Origin: Geopsychrobacteraceae bacterium
GTDB taxonomy: Bacteria; Desulfobacterota; Desulfuromonadia; Desulfuromonadales; Geopsychrobacteraceae
Length of the DNA stretch: 64,000 nt
NCBI GenBank assembly: GCA_963676795.2
Contig: CAXXTB010000001.1
Span: 608,001 to 672,000 of the forward strand
Reading direction: 5' to 3'
This document shows positions 38,816 to 48,894 of this stretch, one piece after another (the stretch's first letter is position 1; each line of letters begins with the position of its first letter). The notes under the pieces were generated by a model that saw nothing but the letters and a program-made list of their open reading frames with translations, was not told the DNA's origin and searched no databases. A program made the translations under genes and the position numbers.

Positions 38816-39853
38816 ATGAAACGGGAAATTTTTCTGTTGCTGTTCACCGGACTGCTGTTTTTCGGAACAGGCGGGTTTCATCGTGCTTATGGCATGGACA
38901 CGGAGGAGTGTCTGGCCTGCCATATGGATTCTGATATCGTCGGTGATGCTCTTCTTGTTACCGACAGTTTCTCCCGGACTCCTCACGCTGATCTGGGCTG
39001 TAGCGCCTGTCATGAGGCTATGGACGAACACCCGGACGACGGGGAGGAGGTTGCCGGACTGGGGTGTGAGTACTGTCATGACGAGATTTCCGCAGAATAC
39101 CTCAAAACAGAACATGCTGATTATGTAAGCTGCACAGACTGTCACAATCCCCATGCTGCTCGCGGCCTGGCGGTCAGTTCGGGCGATGCTATGGACCAGC
39201 AGTGCTTCCGTTGCCATGACAGGGACGAAAGTCTCGACCGGCATGCCCGCTGGCTGCCGCTGACAGATCTGCATATCGCCAGAATTTCCTGTGTGACCTG
39301 TCATACCCAGATTCTTGATTATGCAATAGATCTTCACCTGATACGCCAGGACCGCGTGACAGGTGGGCGCCTCAACAGCAGGATCTGCAACTATGATGAA
39401 TTGAAGGATTATCTCGGAACCGATGATCTCGCAGGGCTGATCGATACGAACCGAGATCAGTATATCTCTCTGGATGAGCTGCGCAGTTTCAATCGTCATC
39501 CCGAATATGCGGCTCTGCATCTTGACGGCATCCTCATTCCCCTGAAAATGTCGCATCAGATAGGAACCCTGGACAGCCGTTATGACTGCAGCTTTTGCCA
39601 CGAGCCGGGACCGGAGCGCATGCAGACCAGTTTTCTGGTGCTGCCCAACGCGGATGGCAGTTTTTTGCATATCCCCGTTGAGCAGGGTGCTGTAATTAAC
39701 GCGACCCACGGAATCCCCGATTTTTACATGGTTGGCAGTACCCGTAATGCCTCACTGGACCTTGCCGGATTGATTCTTATCTGTGCCGGGCTGATTATGC
39801 CTGTCGTTCACGGGACATTACGTTTTTTGACCCGCAAAAACAGGCGGCATTAA
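38816..39853 (+). CDS. cbcA: CbcA-like heptaheme c-cytochrome with an EF-hand-like loop and C-terminal TM anchor
   Basis: CLACH, CSACH, CEYCH, CTDCH, CFRCH, CVTCH and CSFCH; DTNRDQYISLDE; C-terminal helix ending PVVHGTLRF. Confidence 0.8.
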   Translation: MKREIFLLLFTGLLFFGTGGFHRAYGMDTEECLACHMDSDIVGDALLVTDSFSRTPHADLGCSACHEAMDEHPDDGEEVAGLGCEYCHDEISAEYLKTEHADYVSCTDCHNPHAARGLAVSSGDAMDQQCFRCHDRDESLDRHARWLPLTDLHIARISCVTCHTQILDYAIDLHLIRQDRVTGGRLNSRICNYDELKDYLGTDDLAGLIDTNRDQYISLDELRSFNRHPEYAALHLDGILIPLKMSHQIGTLDSRYDCSFCHEPGPERMQTSFLVLPNADGSFLHIPVEQGAVINATHGIPDFYMVGSTRNASLDLAGLILICAGLIMPVVHGTLRFLTRKNRRH

Positions 39854-39869
39854 GGAGGGAGTTGCGACC

Positions 39870-40520
39870 ATGGTTGAGAAAAAAAGAATTTATCTGCAGC
39901 CGACCCCGGTACGTATCTGGCATTGGCTGAATGCTTTCGGTTTTGTCGTCCTGGGTGTTTCCGGGACGCAGATTCGTTTTCCCGAATATGTCACGGTTCT
40001 GGGCAGCTATAAAGCAGCGGTTTATCTGCATCATGCCGCCGGCTACGTGGTCACGCTGTCTTTCTGTCTCTGGTTTATCTATTACGTTGTCGTCGCGCGC
40101 AGTATCGTCAAGCTCTATCTGCCGAAGGCTGAAGATTTTAAAAACGGGGCAGTTCGCCAGGCCAAGTTTTACATGCTGACCTATTTTCTGGGTTGGGAGA
40201 ATCCACACCAGCCGACCCCTGAAAACAAGTTTAACGCCCTGCAGAAGGGCGTATATCTGGGAATCATGTTTGTCCTGGTTCCTCTGGTGAGCTTGAGCGG
40301 TCTGGTGCTGGCTAATGTCGAATCGCTGTTTGGCCTGATTCTTATGGTCGGTGGGCTCAAGCTGTTGATCGGCCTGCATTTTATCCTGGCCTGCTGCCTG
40401 ATTGCTTTTTTGCCGACTCATATCTATCTCGCAACTCTTGGTCATTCACCGATGGAGCATATCAAGACAATGTGGTTTGGCTGGGAAGAGGTTTCCAAAG
40501 AGAAAAAGGCTGATGCCTAG
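39870..40520 (+). CDS. cbcB: CbcB-like diheme cytochrome b (Ni-hydrogenase cytochrome b fold)
   Basis: VRIWHWLNA, LHHAAG, KFNALQK and LHF...THIYLAT. Confidence 0.82.
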   Translation: MVEKKRIYLQPTPVRIWHWLNAFGFVVLGVSGTQIRFPEYVTVLGSYKAAVYLHHAAGYVVTLSFCLWFIYYVVVARSIVKLYLPKAEDFKNGAVRQAKFYMLTYFLGWENPHQPTPENKFNALQKGVYLGIMFVLVPLVSLSGLVLANVESLFGLILMVGGLKLLIGLHFILACCLIAFLPTHIYLATLGHSPMEHIKTMWFGWEEVSKEKKADA

Positions 40521-40681
40521 GAGCCTGTCGGACTTTACATGAATCTGCTGCGAAACCATCTGATCGGGCCATATTTCCGACCCTTTTCGACAAATAGCTA
40601 CGGCTATTCGCCCTCAAACGGTCGAAAATCTGTTCTCAACCAGCTGGTTTTTCGCGACGATCCGCAAAGCCCGACAGGCTG
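40521..40681. mobile_element. 161-bp non-autonomous MITE with 16-bp terminal inverted repeats, flanked by CTAG
   Basis: CTAG|gagcctgtcggacttt ... aaagcccgacaggctg|CTAG (TIRs match 14/16); interior is an imperfect palindrome. Confidence 0.75.
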
Positions 40682-40822
40682 CTAGTTCTTTGACTCGTCA
40701 GCGGCGTCCCGATTTCTGTGAATAGCAAAAAGATCTTGTGGCGAGCGAAGAGAGTGCTAGGCTTAATTCAGTGCCGTTGAGCTGTCATTTATCGTTGAGT
40801 GCCGTCATGTTGAGGGGACGCT

Positions 40823-41734
40823 ATGTTTAACAACCTGATCGCCCGTGCCATTGTTCCTGTCACCATTGCTGTCACCGGGTTCGTCATTTTCGGCTGTCTG
40901 TTGCTCTATACCCTGATCAAGGGGGATATGACCGCCGAAGCTCTGCATCATGTCGACGGAATTGTCGAAACGGTCGTGCGTTCGACTCACTATGCCATGA
41001 TGCAGGATGATCGCGATTCGCTACGCAATATTCTGGCCAATGTCGGAACTCTCGACGGTGTTGAGCGGATCAGGATCTACGATCAGGATGGCAAGCCCGC
41101 CTATACCGATCTTGAAGGGGTGACCGAGCCCGGTTCCATCGCTATCAAGGTCGACCAGTGGAATTCGCCATTTCTCATGCCCGATCATCCCCAGCGCGGG
41201 GAGCGCCAGCGCTATGTCGATCACTCCAACGGTTTTATTGCGGTCAGCCTGCCGATTCTCAACGAGCCGAAATGCTCTACCGCAGCCTGTCATTTCCATG
41301 CTGAAGGTGAGCCGATCCTCGGCTTTTTGAGTACCGGTGTCTCCAGTGTCAGGCTGGAAAAAACCCTGGCCCTGCTCAAAACCCGGATGATTGTTTTCTG
41401 TCTGATGGTCCTGGTGCTGACCGTCGGCGGGGTTGCTGCGCTGCTGCGCATGAATCTGTTTTTGCCGCTGATCCGCTTCATGTATAATTTACAACGGGCC
41501 GCTGGTGGAGCCAGGGAATCTGAACTGCCTCCGTCGGATCATAAGCTCGGCCAGATGAACAGGGACTTTCGTAGTCTGGTCAGGCAGCGCGACCAGGCGC
41601 GTGATGACGCCGCAGCACTAACATCCAACGATCGAGTTGCTGATGAAAGAGACGCCCCAGCCTCCGGCGGAGACTCCGCTGCCAGATATGGCTCCTCTGA
41701 AACGGCAGGTTCGGACCCGTATCAGAAGGTTTGA
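40823..41734 (+). CDS. Kinase-less periplasmic sensor-domain membrane protein with CSTAACH (CbcD-like)
   Basis: Two TM segments; NEPKCSTAACHFH paralogous to the 34289 kinase sensor; degenerate HAMP; no H-box. Confidence 0.7.
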   Translation: MFNNLIARAIVPVTIAVTGFVIFGCLLLYTLIKGDMTAEALHHVDGIVETVVRSTHYAMMQDDRDSLRNILANVGTLDGVERIRIYDQDGKPAYTDLEGVTEPGSIAIKVDQWNSPFLMPDHPQRGERQRYVDHSNGFIAVSLPILNEPKCSTAACHFHAEGEPILGFLSTGVSSVRLEKTLALLKTRMIVFCLMVLVLTVGGVAALLRMNLFLPLIRFMYNLQRAAGGARESELPPSDHKLGQMNRDFRSLVRQRDQARDDAAALTSNDRVADERDAPASGGDSAARYGSSETAGSDPYQKV

Positions 41735-42164
41735 ACTGCTCTCAAGTGCCGGCCTGTGGGCTCTTGCACTGTTTTCGATCCTGAGTATGGGGGCCTATCG
41801 GGACTTTGATATGCTCCCCACATTCGGCGCCGGGGTGCGCAAGTTGCTTGGCTCCGGCCCGCCCGTCATGCTTATCAACTGGGCGCTGATCATCTACGGT
41901 TTTTCCGCGCTGGTTCTGATTCTTATCCAGATGGCCAGTAATAAACGGCCGCGCTGTTCCCTGTTACATCTTTTCTACCTTGGGGCCTTTTTCTTCTTTT
42001 ATCATTTCAGTAACGGTCTGGATGAAAATTTCTGGGCGCTGTTTACGGTCGGGCTGACCATTCTCGGTCTGCAGAGCTATCATTTCTGGCACTACTACCA
42101 GGAGCAGATCGACGAGCAGAAGGAGATTCTTGAAGAGTTGATCCGGCTCGAAAAGGATCTTTAG
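41643..42164 (+). CDS. Multi-pass membrane protein, CbcE-like
   Basis: About four TM segments, LG.GPP..LI..ALIIY.FSA and ENFWA; family name from recalled synteny; start uncertain (41643 or 41688). Confidence 0.6.
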   Translation: MKETPQPPAETPLPDMAPLKRQVRTRIRRFELLSSAGLWALALFSILSMGAYRDFDMLPTFGAGVRKLLGSGPPVMLINWALIIYGFSALVLILIQMASNKRPRCSLLHLFYLGAFFFFYHFSNGLDENFWALFTVGLTILGLQSYHFWHYYQEQIDEQKEILEELIRLEKDL

Positions 42165-42304
42165 TCGTTGCCAGGTCTTGTCAGATCGCCTCCTCAGTCG
42201 TGTTGTCTTTTTTCGGACAGTCGCCATCTTGTTTGGATGGTATAGCCGAGAGAAACGCCTGCTTTCCATTGACAGGGACAGGGGTGATCAGAGATAAATT
42301 GGAA

Positions 42305-45028
42305 ATGGCTTACTTTTCTATCCGCAATAAACTGTTCCTTTCCTTTTCGGCGCTGGCTTTTGTGGCCTTGCTTACCAGTTTTTATTTTGTTTATACCACG
42401 GTTGAGAAAAGCCTCCAGGTCTCGATAAATGCCGATCTTCTGAACAGTACGAACCTGATCCGGAATCTTGTTCATACTGTTGCCAAGTCTTCGATAGAAA
42501 ACCATCTTTATGGAATTGCCGAGACCGAGTTGCAGCTGGTTCAAGGGGTTTATGCGGATTATCGACGGGGTCGTTATAGCGAAGATGAAGCGAAAGAGCT
42601 TGCTTCCCGTTTATTGCTGCGCCAGAGGATCGGAGTCACCGGGTACACCTATTGTCTGAACAGCGCAGGAATTGTTGCCGTTCATCGAGACAAGGGGGTG
42701 GAGGGGACCGATGTTTCAGGGTATGGCTTTGTTCAGAGTCAGTTAAAGCTCAAATCAGGTTACCTTGAATACAAATGGAAGAATCCGGATGAATCCACAG
42801 CCCGAGAAAAAGCCTTGTACATGAGTTATTTTCCGGAATGGGATTGGATTATCTCGGTTTCTGCCTATAAAAGTGAGTTTGCCTATCTGATCGATCTGAA
42901 CAACATCAGTGCTGCTTTGGGCAAGGTGAGTTTTGGCAGGACAGGCTATCCTTTTATTCTCGCTGCTGACGGGACCTTTATTTATCACCCCCGGATTTTC
43001 GGCAATGTTTTCGAAATGGATTTTTCTCGCGAAGGGTTAGAGACTTTAAGAGAGGTTATCCATAAGGGGAGTGGTTCTCTCAGGTACAAATGGAAGGACC
43101 CGGGTGATACTGGTTTCCGCGAGAAAATAGCCATATTTGAACCTATTGAAGACTATGGCTGGTATGCGGGAACGACAGCATATATCGATGAGCTTTACTC
43201 GCCTCTGGTCCGGATTCGCAATATCTTCATAGGCATTTTTATTGCGTATCTGTTTCTGAACCTGTTGGCCAGTTATGTTTTGAGCTCGCTGTTTTCAAGG
43301 CCGCTCAGGGTTCTGATGGCCAATCTGAGCAGGCAGCAGCCGGAAGCTATCACACCGATACAGGGCCACTTCAGTAATGACGAGATTGGCGGTCTGGCCT
43401 GCTACCTGAATCAATTTATTGATAAGCTGAGTGAATATCATGTCGCACTGACCAATGAAATTGCTGAGCGAAAAGCGAGTGAGAAAGCCCTGCGAACCAG
43501 TGAACAGACATTTTATACTCTGTTCGATAACTCTTTCCAGTTTATCGCATTGCTTGATCGCCAGGGGCGCGTGCACAAAATCAATCAGACAGCATTGAAC
43601 TTTCGCAACCTTAAGACCTCTGACATTGAAGGGATGTTGTTCTGGGAAACCCCCTGGTGGTCTCATTCGGAGGTTTTGGTCAAGCAGCTTAAGAGTGCGA
43701 TTGAGGAGGCTCTTACTGGGCGGACAGCACGTTTTGAAGCGCACAGTACCGCGGTTAGGGACATCTATCTCGATATCACTGTCAAGCCGGTTATCGATGA
43801 TGCTGGGGATGTTGTCTATCTGATTGCTGAAGCGCGTGATGTCAGTGAGATCCGCCGGGCAGAAAAAGAGTTGCAACAGGCTCAGAAGATGGAATCGGTT
43901 GGTATGCTGGCTGGTGGGATCGCCCATGATTTTAACAATGCCCTGTCCGGTATTCTGGGAACGATCGATCTGCTTAAATTTAAACATTCGTCGGGCAAAG
44001 CGGTCGAGATCGAAGCTTTGTTCGAGCATCTCGATAGGATTTCGACAGCGGCGTTTCGGGCCAGAGATATTGTCAATAAACTGCTGACTCTGTCAAAAAA
44101 GAATGATTTTGAATTTGTTGCGGTCGATCTTCGGGATATATTGCAAGATGTAGGGCTTATCGCCAGAAATTCGTTCGATAAATCGATTTTCATAGAAGAG
44201 AGCTTTGAAGGAAGTGCCAGGGTTCTGGCTGACCAGAACAGCCTGGAACAGGTTTTTCTCAACCTCTATATCAATTCGGCCCACGCCATGACCCTGATGC
44301 GCAAAGAAGGAAACCCCTGGGGCGGGGTACTCAAGGTCGGCTATGCCAGAGTTTGCCGGGAAGCCGGGGATGGGCTTGCCGGTGGAGATTACTGGTGTGT
44401 GTCGATCAGTGATACCGGAGTCGGGATTCCTGCTGCGAACCTGGAGCGGATATTCGATCCGTTTTTCACTACCAAGAGCAAAGGTGTCGGGTCCGGTTTG
44501 GGGCTGGCGATGGTTTACAATATCGTTCGCCAGCATGGTGGTTTTGTCGAGATTGAGTCTCATCTCGGTGAAGGGACTGAGTTCCGCATCTGTTTGCCAG
44601 CCTCGGAGGAAGTGGTTTCCCAGGAGGAGAATGCTGCGGTTCCGGTCGCGGTGGACGGCGAGGAAACAATCCTGGTCATCGATGACGAAGAGCTGCTGCG
44701 GATCAACGCTCGGGAGTTTCTGGATATTTGTGGATATAAGGTGCTGCTGGCCGCAGATGGTGCGGAAGGGGTTGAGATCTATCGCCAGCATCAGCTGGAT
44801 ATTGATGCCGTCCTGCTCGATCTGGTCATGCCGGTGATGTCGGGCAAGGAGACCTATTTTGCCCTGAAAGAGATTAATCCACGGGTCAAGGTTCTGTTTT
44901 CCTCAGGTTTCCGTCAGGATGCGCGGGTCGAAGAAATTATGGCCGCCGGAGCAAATGGCTTTATTCAGAAGCCCTATTCGCTCTATAATCTGTCACAGGG
45001 AATAAACAAGATCCTGCACGAAGAATAA
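42305..45028 (+). CDS. Hybrid sensor kinase (two Cache_2-like domains, HAMP, PAS, HisKA, HATPase, REC)
   Basis: Twice Y.WK.P...[33 protein letters not shown]-terminal LDLVMP...QKP. Confidence 0.92.
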   Translation: MAYFSIRNKLFLSFSALAFVALLTSFYFVYTTVEKSLQVSINADLLNSTNLIRNLVHTVAKSSIENHLYGIAETELQLVQGVYADYRRGRYSEDEAKELASRLLLRQRIGVTGYTYCLNSAGIVAVHRDKGVEGTDVSGYGFVQSQLKLKSGYLEYKWKNPDESTAREKALYMSYFPEWDWIISVSAYKSEFAYLIDLNNISAALGKVSFGRTGYPFILAADGTFIYHPRIFGNVFEMDFSREGLETLREVIHKGSGSLRYKWKDPGDTGFREKIAIFEPIEDYGWYAGTTAYIDELYSPLVRIRNIFIGIFIAYLFLNLLASYVLSSLFSRPLRVLMANLSRQQPEAITPIQGHFSNDEIGGLACYLNQFIDKLSEYHVALTNEIAERKASEKALRTSEQTFYTLFDNSFQFIALLDRQGRVHKINQTALNFRNLKTSDIEGMLFWETPWWSHSEVLVKQLKSAIEEALTGRTARFEAHSTAVRDIYLDITVKPVIDDAGDVVYLIAEARDVSEIRRAEKELQQAQKMESVGMLAGGIAHDFNNALSGILGTIDLLKFKHSSGKAVEIEALFEHLDRISTAAFRARDIVNKLLTLSKKNDFEFVAVDLRDILQDVGLIARNSFDKSIFIEESFEGSARVLADQNSLEQVFLNLYINSAHAMTLMRKEGNPWGGVLKVGYARVCREAGDGLAGGDYWCVSISDTGVGIPAANLERIFDPFFTTKSKGVGSGLGLAMVYNIVRQHGGFVEIESHLGEGTEFRICLPASEEVVSQEENAAVPVAVDGEETILVIDDEELLRINAREFLDICGYKVLLAADGAEGVEIYRQHQLDIDAVLLDLVMPVMSGKETYFALKEINPRVKVLFSSGFRQDARVEEIMAAGANGFIQKPYSLYNLSQGINKILHEE

Positions 45029-45061
45029 AAGAACTGTTCAGCGAATCTATAGGGGGGGCCT

Positions 45062-45334
45062 ATGAAGAAGATCGCCTGTTACGTTTTTTTCGCTTTCTCG
45101 AGCATTCTTATCGCGTCACTGTTTGTTGTCGATCTGCTCTACGCCGGATCGGTGCGCAGATTTGGCGTCTCTGTCCTGTTGTTCATTCTCGGCTTTATCT
45201 TCATTCTGTTCAAAGATGACCTGCTCGGAGAAGATCCGGACGGCGAAAGCCTGGCCCGGGTGATTGTGCCCGGCGGGGGACTTCTGGCGCTGTTTTTTGC
45301 GGGGTTCTTTCTCGTCAGTAATTTCCTCAGCTGA
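45062..45334 (+). CDS. Small three-TM hypothetical protein
   Basis: G-rich RBS and three hydrophobic segments. Confidence 0.6.
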   Translation: MKKIACYVFFAFSSILIASLFVVDLLYAGSVRRFGVSVLLFILGFIFILFKDDLLGEDPDGESLARVIVPGGGLLALFFAGFFLVSNFLS

Positions 45335-45359
45335 TGAATTTCCTGCTCCGAAACAGGGG

Positions 45360-45764
45360 TCAGTTCTTCAGGTTCTTCTCTTCCGCCCGACCTTCAAGAT
45401 CTTCCAGGGCGATCTCGATCGCTCTGGTGCTGATGACAATCTCGAGCAGGGCGCAGAGCAGAGAGGTGACCAGCAGGAACAGGCTGGTACCGAAGGCCAG
45501 TTCTGCATACCTGGTGTAGTGCCAGAAAATCAACAGCATCGACAGGGCGCAGAGCACGAAACTCAGTACGCCGAGTCCCTGCATCGCCTTGATCAGCAGC
45601 AGGCGCAGCCTCAGGTTGTTGATCTGACGGACGATATGGTCGTCCATCTTGGTGTCGGCGTGCAGCTGGCGGATCAGTTGGGCGAGCACGATAAAACGGT
45701 TTGTGTAGGCCAGTAAAAGTAGTGAAATTGCGGGAAAAAGCAGTGCCGGAGTCGTCAGATCCAT
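45360..45764 (-). CDS. DUF2721-family membrane protein
   Basis: TPALLFPAISLLLLAYTNRF, QINNLRLR and EIVISTRA. Confidence 0.85.
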   Translation of the reverse strand: MDLTTPALLFPAISLLLLAYTNRFIVLAQLIRQLHADTKMDDHIVRQINNLRLRLLLIKAMQGLGVLSFVLCALSMLLIFWHYTRYAELAFGTSLFLLVTSLLCALLEIVISTRAIEIALEDLEGRAEEKNLKN

Positions 45765-46079
45765 TGTTTTTAATTAACCTTTAAAACAGCTTTTTTGTTG
45801 ACGTAAAAGCTGGTCAATGGCACTTTCTGCCTTTATGGTTCAGTCTCATGGTCGTTCCATGGCGGCAAGGTTGCCGGGTCGTTGAGGTGCTTTGTCTGTA
45901 CATAGTATAAGGCCTCTGCGGATTATAGAGTAGGTCTCTTCTGTGTTTTTATCTGTGTTCCATCATCAGAAAACCAAGGTCCCAGTAACAAGTGTCCCCC
46001 GGATCTGAACCCGGAATTTATGTAATTACACAAGGCTGTCTGTATTGCATGGCAACTTTTGTGGCGGTATAGTCGCACT

Positions 46080-47009
46080 ATGAATGCGCTGGAAATTGAA
46101 AATCTGGAAAAGTCGTTTGAGGGTAAACCTGCGGTCAAAGGGATCTCCTTCACTATCGAGCAGGGTGAGATCTTTGGTCTGCTCGGTCCCAACGGCGCCG
46201 GTAAGAGTACCACGATCAACATGATCGCCGGGGTTTCCCGGGTCGGCTCCGGGCAGATCCGCGCCTTTGGCTACGACAACCAGAAGGACTATCGCCAGAC
46301 CCGGCGTCAGATCGGTGTTGTTCATCAGGAGATCGTGATGGACAACTTTTTTACCATCGATCAGGCGCTCAGGCTGCACGCGGGGTATTACGGCGTCAAG
46401 GATGATCCTGAATGGCGCAAGCTGTTGATCGATCGCCTGGCACTGAAGCCGCACCTTGATAAGACCATGGTCAAGCTGTCCGGTGGCATGAAGCGCCGCT
46501 TTATGATCGCCAAGGCCCTGATCCACCGTCCCCGGCTGTTGATTCTCGATGAGCCGACTGCTGGTGTTGACGTCGAACTGCGCCATAGTCTGTGGGATTT
46601 CGTCCGTGACATCAATCACCAAGGGACGACGATCCTGCTGACCACCCATTATCTCGAAGAAGCTGAACAGATGTGCGACCGGATCGCCATCATGAATCAC
46701 GGTGAGCTGATCGCCATGGACAAGACCCATGAACTGGTGCGTCGGTTGTCGAACCGTCAGCTCAAGTTCTGGCTTGAGGCGCGGATTCTTGAGATTCCGG
46801 CCGGGCTGGAGATCTATTCGCCGAAGCTCAAGGAAGACGGCACCTTGCTGCTGCTCAATCTGCCGGCGGGAGAGAGTGCCGGGGTGCTGCTCGGGCAGGT
46901 CTGTCACCTGGGGCTGAAGATCCGTGACCTGGAAACCGATCAGAGTGGCCTTGAAGAGGTGTTTATCCAGTTGACCGGAATGAACAGCGGAGGCGCCCGT
47001 GACGCCTAA
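46080..47009 (+). CDS. ABC-2 transporter ATP-binding protein (YadG-like)
   Basis: GPNGAGKST, LSGGMKRR, LDEPTAGVD and TTHYLEEAE. Confidence 0.92.
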   Translation: MNALEIENLEKSFEGKPAVKGISFTIEQGEIFGLLGPNGAGKSTTINMIAGVSRVGSGQIRAFGYDNQKDYRQTRRQIGVVHQEIVMDNFFTIDQALRLHAGYYGVKDDPEWRKLLIDRLALKPHLDKTMVKLSGGMKRRFMIAKALIHRPRLLILDEPTAGVDVELRHSLWDFVRDINHQGTTILLTTHYLEEAEQMCDRIAIMNHGELIAMDKTHELVRRLSNRQLKFWLEARILEIPAGLEIYSPKLKEDGTLLLLNLPAGESAGVLLGQVCHLGLKIRDLETDQSGLEEVFIQLTGMNSGGARDA

Positions 47010-47787
47010 CGATTTCAGCCGGTTCAACTCCTGGTTGCCATTTCTGACCCTGCTCAAGAAAGAGATTCTGCGTTTCTGGCGGGTTGCGTCGCAGACCCTG
47101 CTGACGCCGATTGTTACCGCATCGCTCTACCTGTTTGTCTTTGGTGCGACGCTGGGACAGCGCTTGAGTGTTGTCGAAGGGTTGAGCTATGCCCAGTTTG
47201 TTATTCCCGGGTTGATTATCATGGGGGTGATCAACAATTCCTTCGCCAATACCTCGTCGTCGCTGTTTGTCTCGCGTTATCTCGGTGGTATTGTCGATCT
47301 GCTGGTGACGCCGGTTTCGCCGCCGCAGTTTATTCTGGCCTATACTCTGGCTGCGATGCTGCGTGGCCTGCTGGTCGGTACGGTGGTCTGGCTGATCTCG
47401 CTGCTGTTTGCTACGCTCCCCTGGGAAACGCCGCTTATGGCGGTGCTGATGGCCATGGTGGCAAGCTTTACCTTTGCCCAGTTCGGCCTGATTGCGGCAA
47501 TTTACGCACATAATTTCGACACCCTGTCGATGTATAACAATTTTCTGATTCTGCCGCTGATCTATCTCGGTGGGGTCTTTTATCCGATTTCGATCCTGCC
47601 CGATCCCTGGGGCAAGCTGTCGTACCTGAATCCGTTGTTCTACCTGATCGACGGATTCCGCCATGCGATCATCGGCATCGGCGATACGACCCTGGCAGTC
47701 TCTTTCGGGGTAAGTCTTGGTTTGGGAATCGCCCTCTTTGTCTGGGCGTCCTGGCTGATCGGTAAGGGTTACAGGTTGCGCAGCTGA
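46999..47787 (+). CDS. ABC-2 transporter permease (YadH-like)
   Basis: KEILRF, SY.QFVIPGL, YLGGVFY, NPLFYLIDGFR and GYRLR. Confidence 0.9.
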   Translation: MTPNDFSRFNSWLPFLTLLKKEILRFWRVASQTLLTPIVTASLYLFVFGATLGQRLSVVEGLSYAQFVIPGLIIMGVINNSFANTSSSLFVSRYLGGIVDLLVTPVSPPQFILAYTLAAMLRGLLVGTVVWLISLLFATLPWETPLMAVLMAMVASFTFAQFGLIAAIYAHNFDTLSMYNNFLILPLIYLGGVFYPISILPDPWGKLSYLNPLFYLIDGFRHAIIGIGDTTLAVSFGVSLGLGIALFVWASWLIGKGYRLRS

Positions 47788-47813
47788 TTGGAGCTGCATG
47801 GAGGCATACTGCA

Positions 47814-48698
47814 ATGATGCATGATCATTTGGTTCGGGTTGTCAGTCAGGACGGCCTGCTGCGCGGAGCGGTTGCGGTAACAACCGGGCTGGTTACGGAG
47901 GTCTGCCGGCGGCAAGAGACCGATCTGACCGCAACGGTTGCCCTTGGTCGATTGCTGACCGGCGGGGCTCTGCTTGGTTGTCTGCTCAAGGGAAAACAGC
48001 GCCTGGCCCTGATGGTTGAAGGGAACGGTCCGCTGCAGCGGCTGAGTGTCGAGGCTGATGCTGAGGGGCGGATTCGCGGAACGGTGCGTAACCCGGTTGC
48101 CGGCCTGCCACCAAAGGACGATCGTTTTGATGTCGCTGGAGCGATCGGCAGAGCGGGTTTTTTGCATGTCTGGAAGGACTTGGGACTCAAAGAGCCTTAC
48201 CAGAGTATGGTTCAGTTGCAGAGCAGTGAGATCGGTGAGGATCTGGCCTGGTATCTGACCCGTTCCGAGCAGGTGCCATCGTCGATCGGCCTGGGGGTTG
48301 AACTGGATTCAGCCGGAGCCGTTGCCGCCGCTGGGGGATTTATGGTTCAGGCGTTGCCACCGGGTGATGAACAGCGGGTTGCTGCCCTGGCCGAGCGTCT
48401 TTCCGGGTTGACGCCGATCACCAGCATGCTGCGCCAGGGGATGTCGACAGGGGAGATCCTGAAGGCTATCTTCGGTGCTGAAGATTTCCTCATTCAGGAG
48501 GAGTTTCCGGTCCGTTTTCACTGCCCCTGCTCAAAAGATTATATCTCGGGGGTGCTGCTTGGGCTGGGAGCTGAGGAGCTGAAAAATATTCTGGCCGAGC
48601 AGGGTTCGGCGCAGGTGACTTGCGAATATTGTCGGGAGCGTTATGATTTTGATGGGCCTGCGCTGGAGAAGATCATTGAACAGGCTAACGGCTCTTGA
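47814..48698 (+). CDS. hslO: Hsp33 redox-regulated chaperone
   Basis: ALGRLLTG, G.GPL, YLTRSEQVPS, AGGFMVQALP and the CPC...CEYC zinc switch. Confidence 0.93.
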   Translation: MMHDHLVRVVSQDGLLRGAVAVTTGLVTEVCRRQETDLTATVALGRLLTGGALLGCLLKGKQRLALMVEGNGPLQRLSVEADAEGRIRGTVRNPVAGLPPKDDRFDVAGAIGRAGFLHVWKDLGLKEPYQSMVQLQSSEIGEDLAWYLTRSEQVPSSIGLGVELDSAGAVAAAGGFMVQALPPGDEQRVAALAERLSGLTPITSMLRQGMSTGEILKAIFGAEDFLIQEEFPVRFHCPCSKDYISGVLLGLGAEELKNILAEQGSAQVTCEYCRERYDFDGPALEKIIEQANGS

Positions 48699-48837
48699 AC
48701 CCCGAGGCCGGATTCGGACGAAACTGATCTGTTTGCTGAAATACTGTTAGGGGTGTGTTTTTGTCACGTTCTGTCGCTCGATTAATTAATAACGTATTGT
48801 AATATAGCAATAAATAGCTTGTGTTTGGACTGTCTTT

Positions 48838-48894
48838 CTGTATACTGTATGCAGTGAAAATTGCTTGACAGCATGTCTGAAAGTGTCCTAATTT
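48838..48894 (+). promoter_or_regulatory. nuo promoter region with an HgtR-like palindrome
   Basis: ctgtatac-t-gtatgcag (48838-48854) just upstream of TTGACA-N18-TAATTT (48865-48894). Confidence 0.5.

Noticed and set aside
42305..45028. Hybrid kinase appears more AT-rich, suggesting horizontal transfer
   Set aside because: Impression only, not computed; no flanking mobility signals; could reflect low expression
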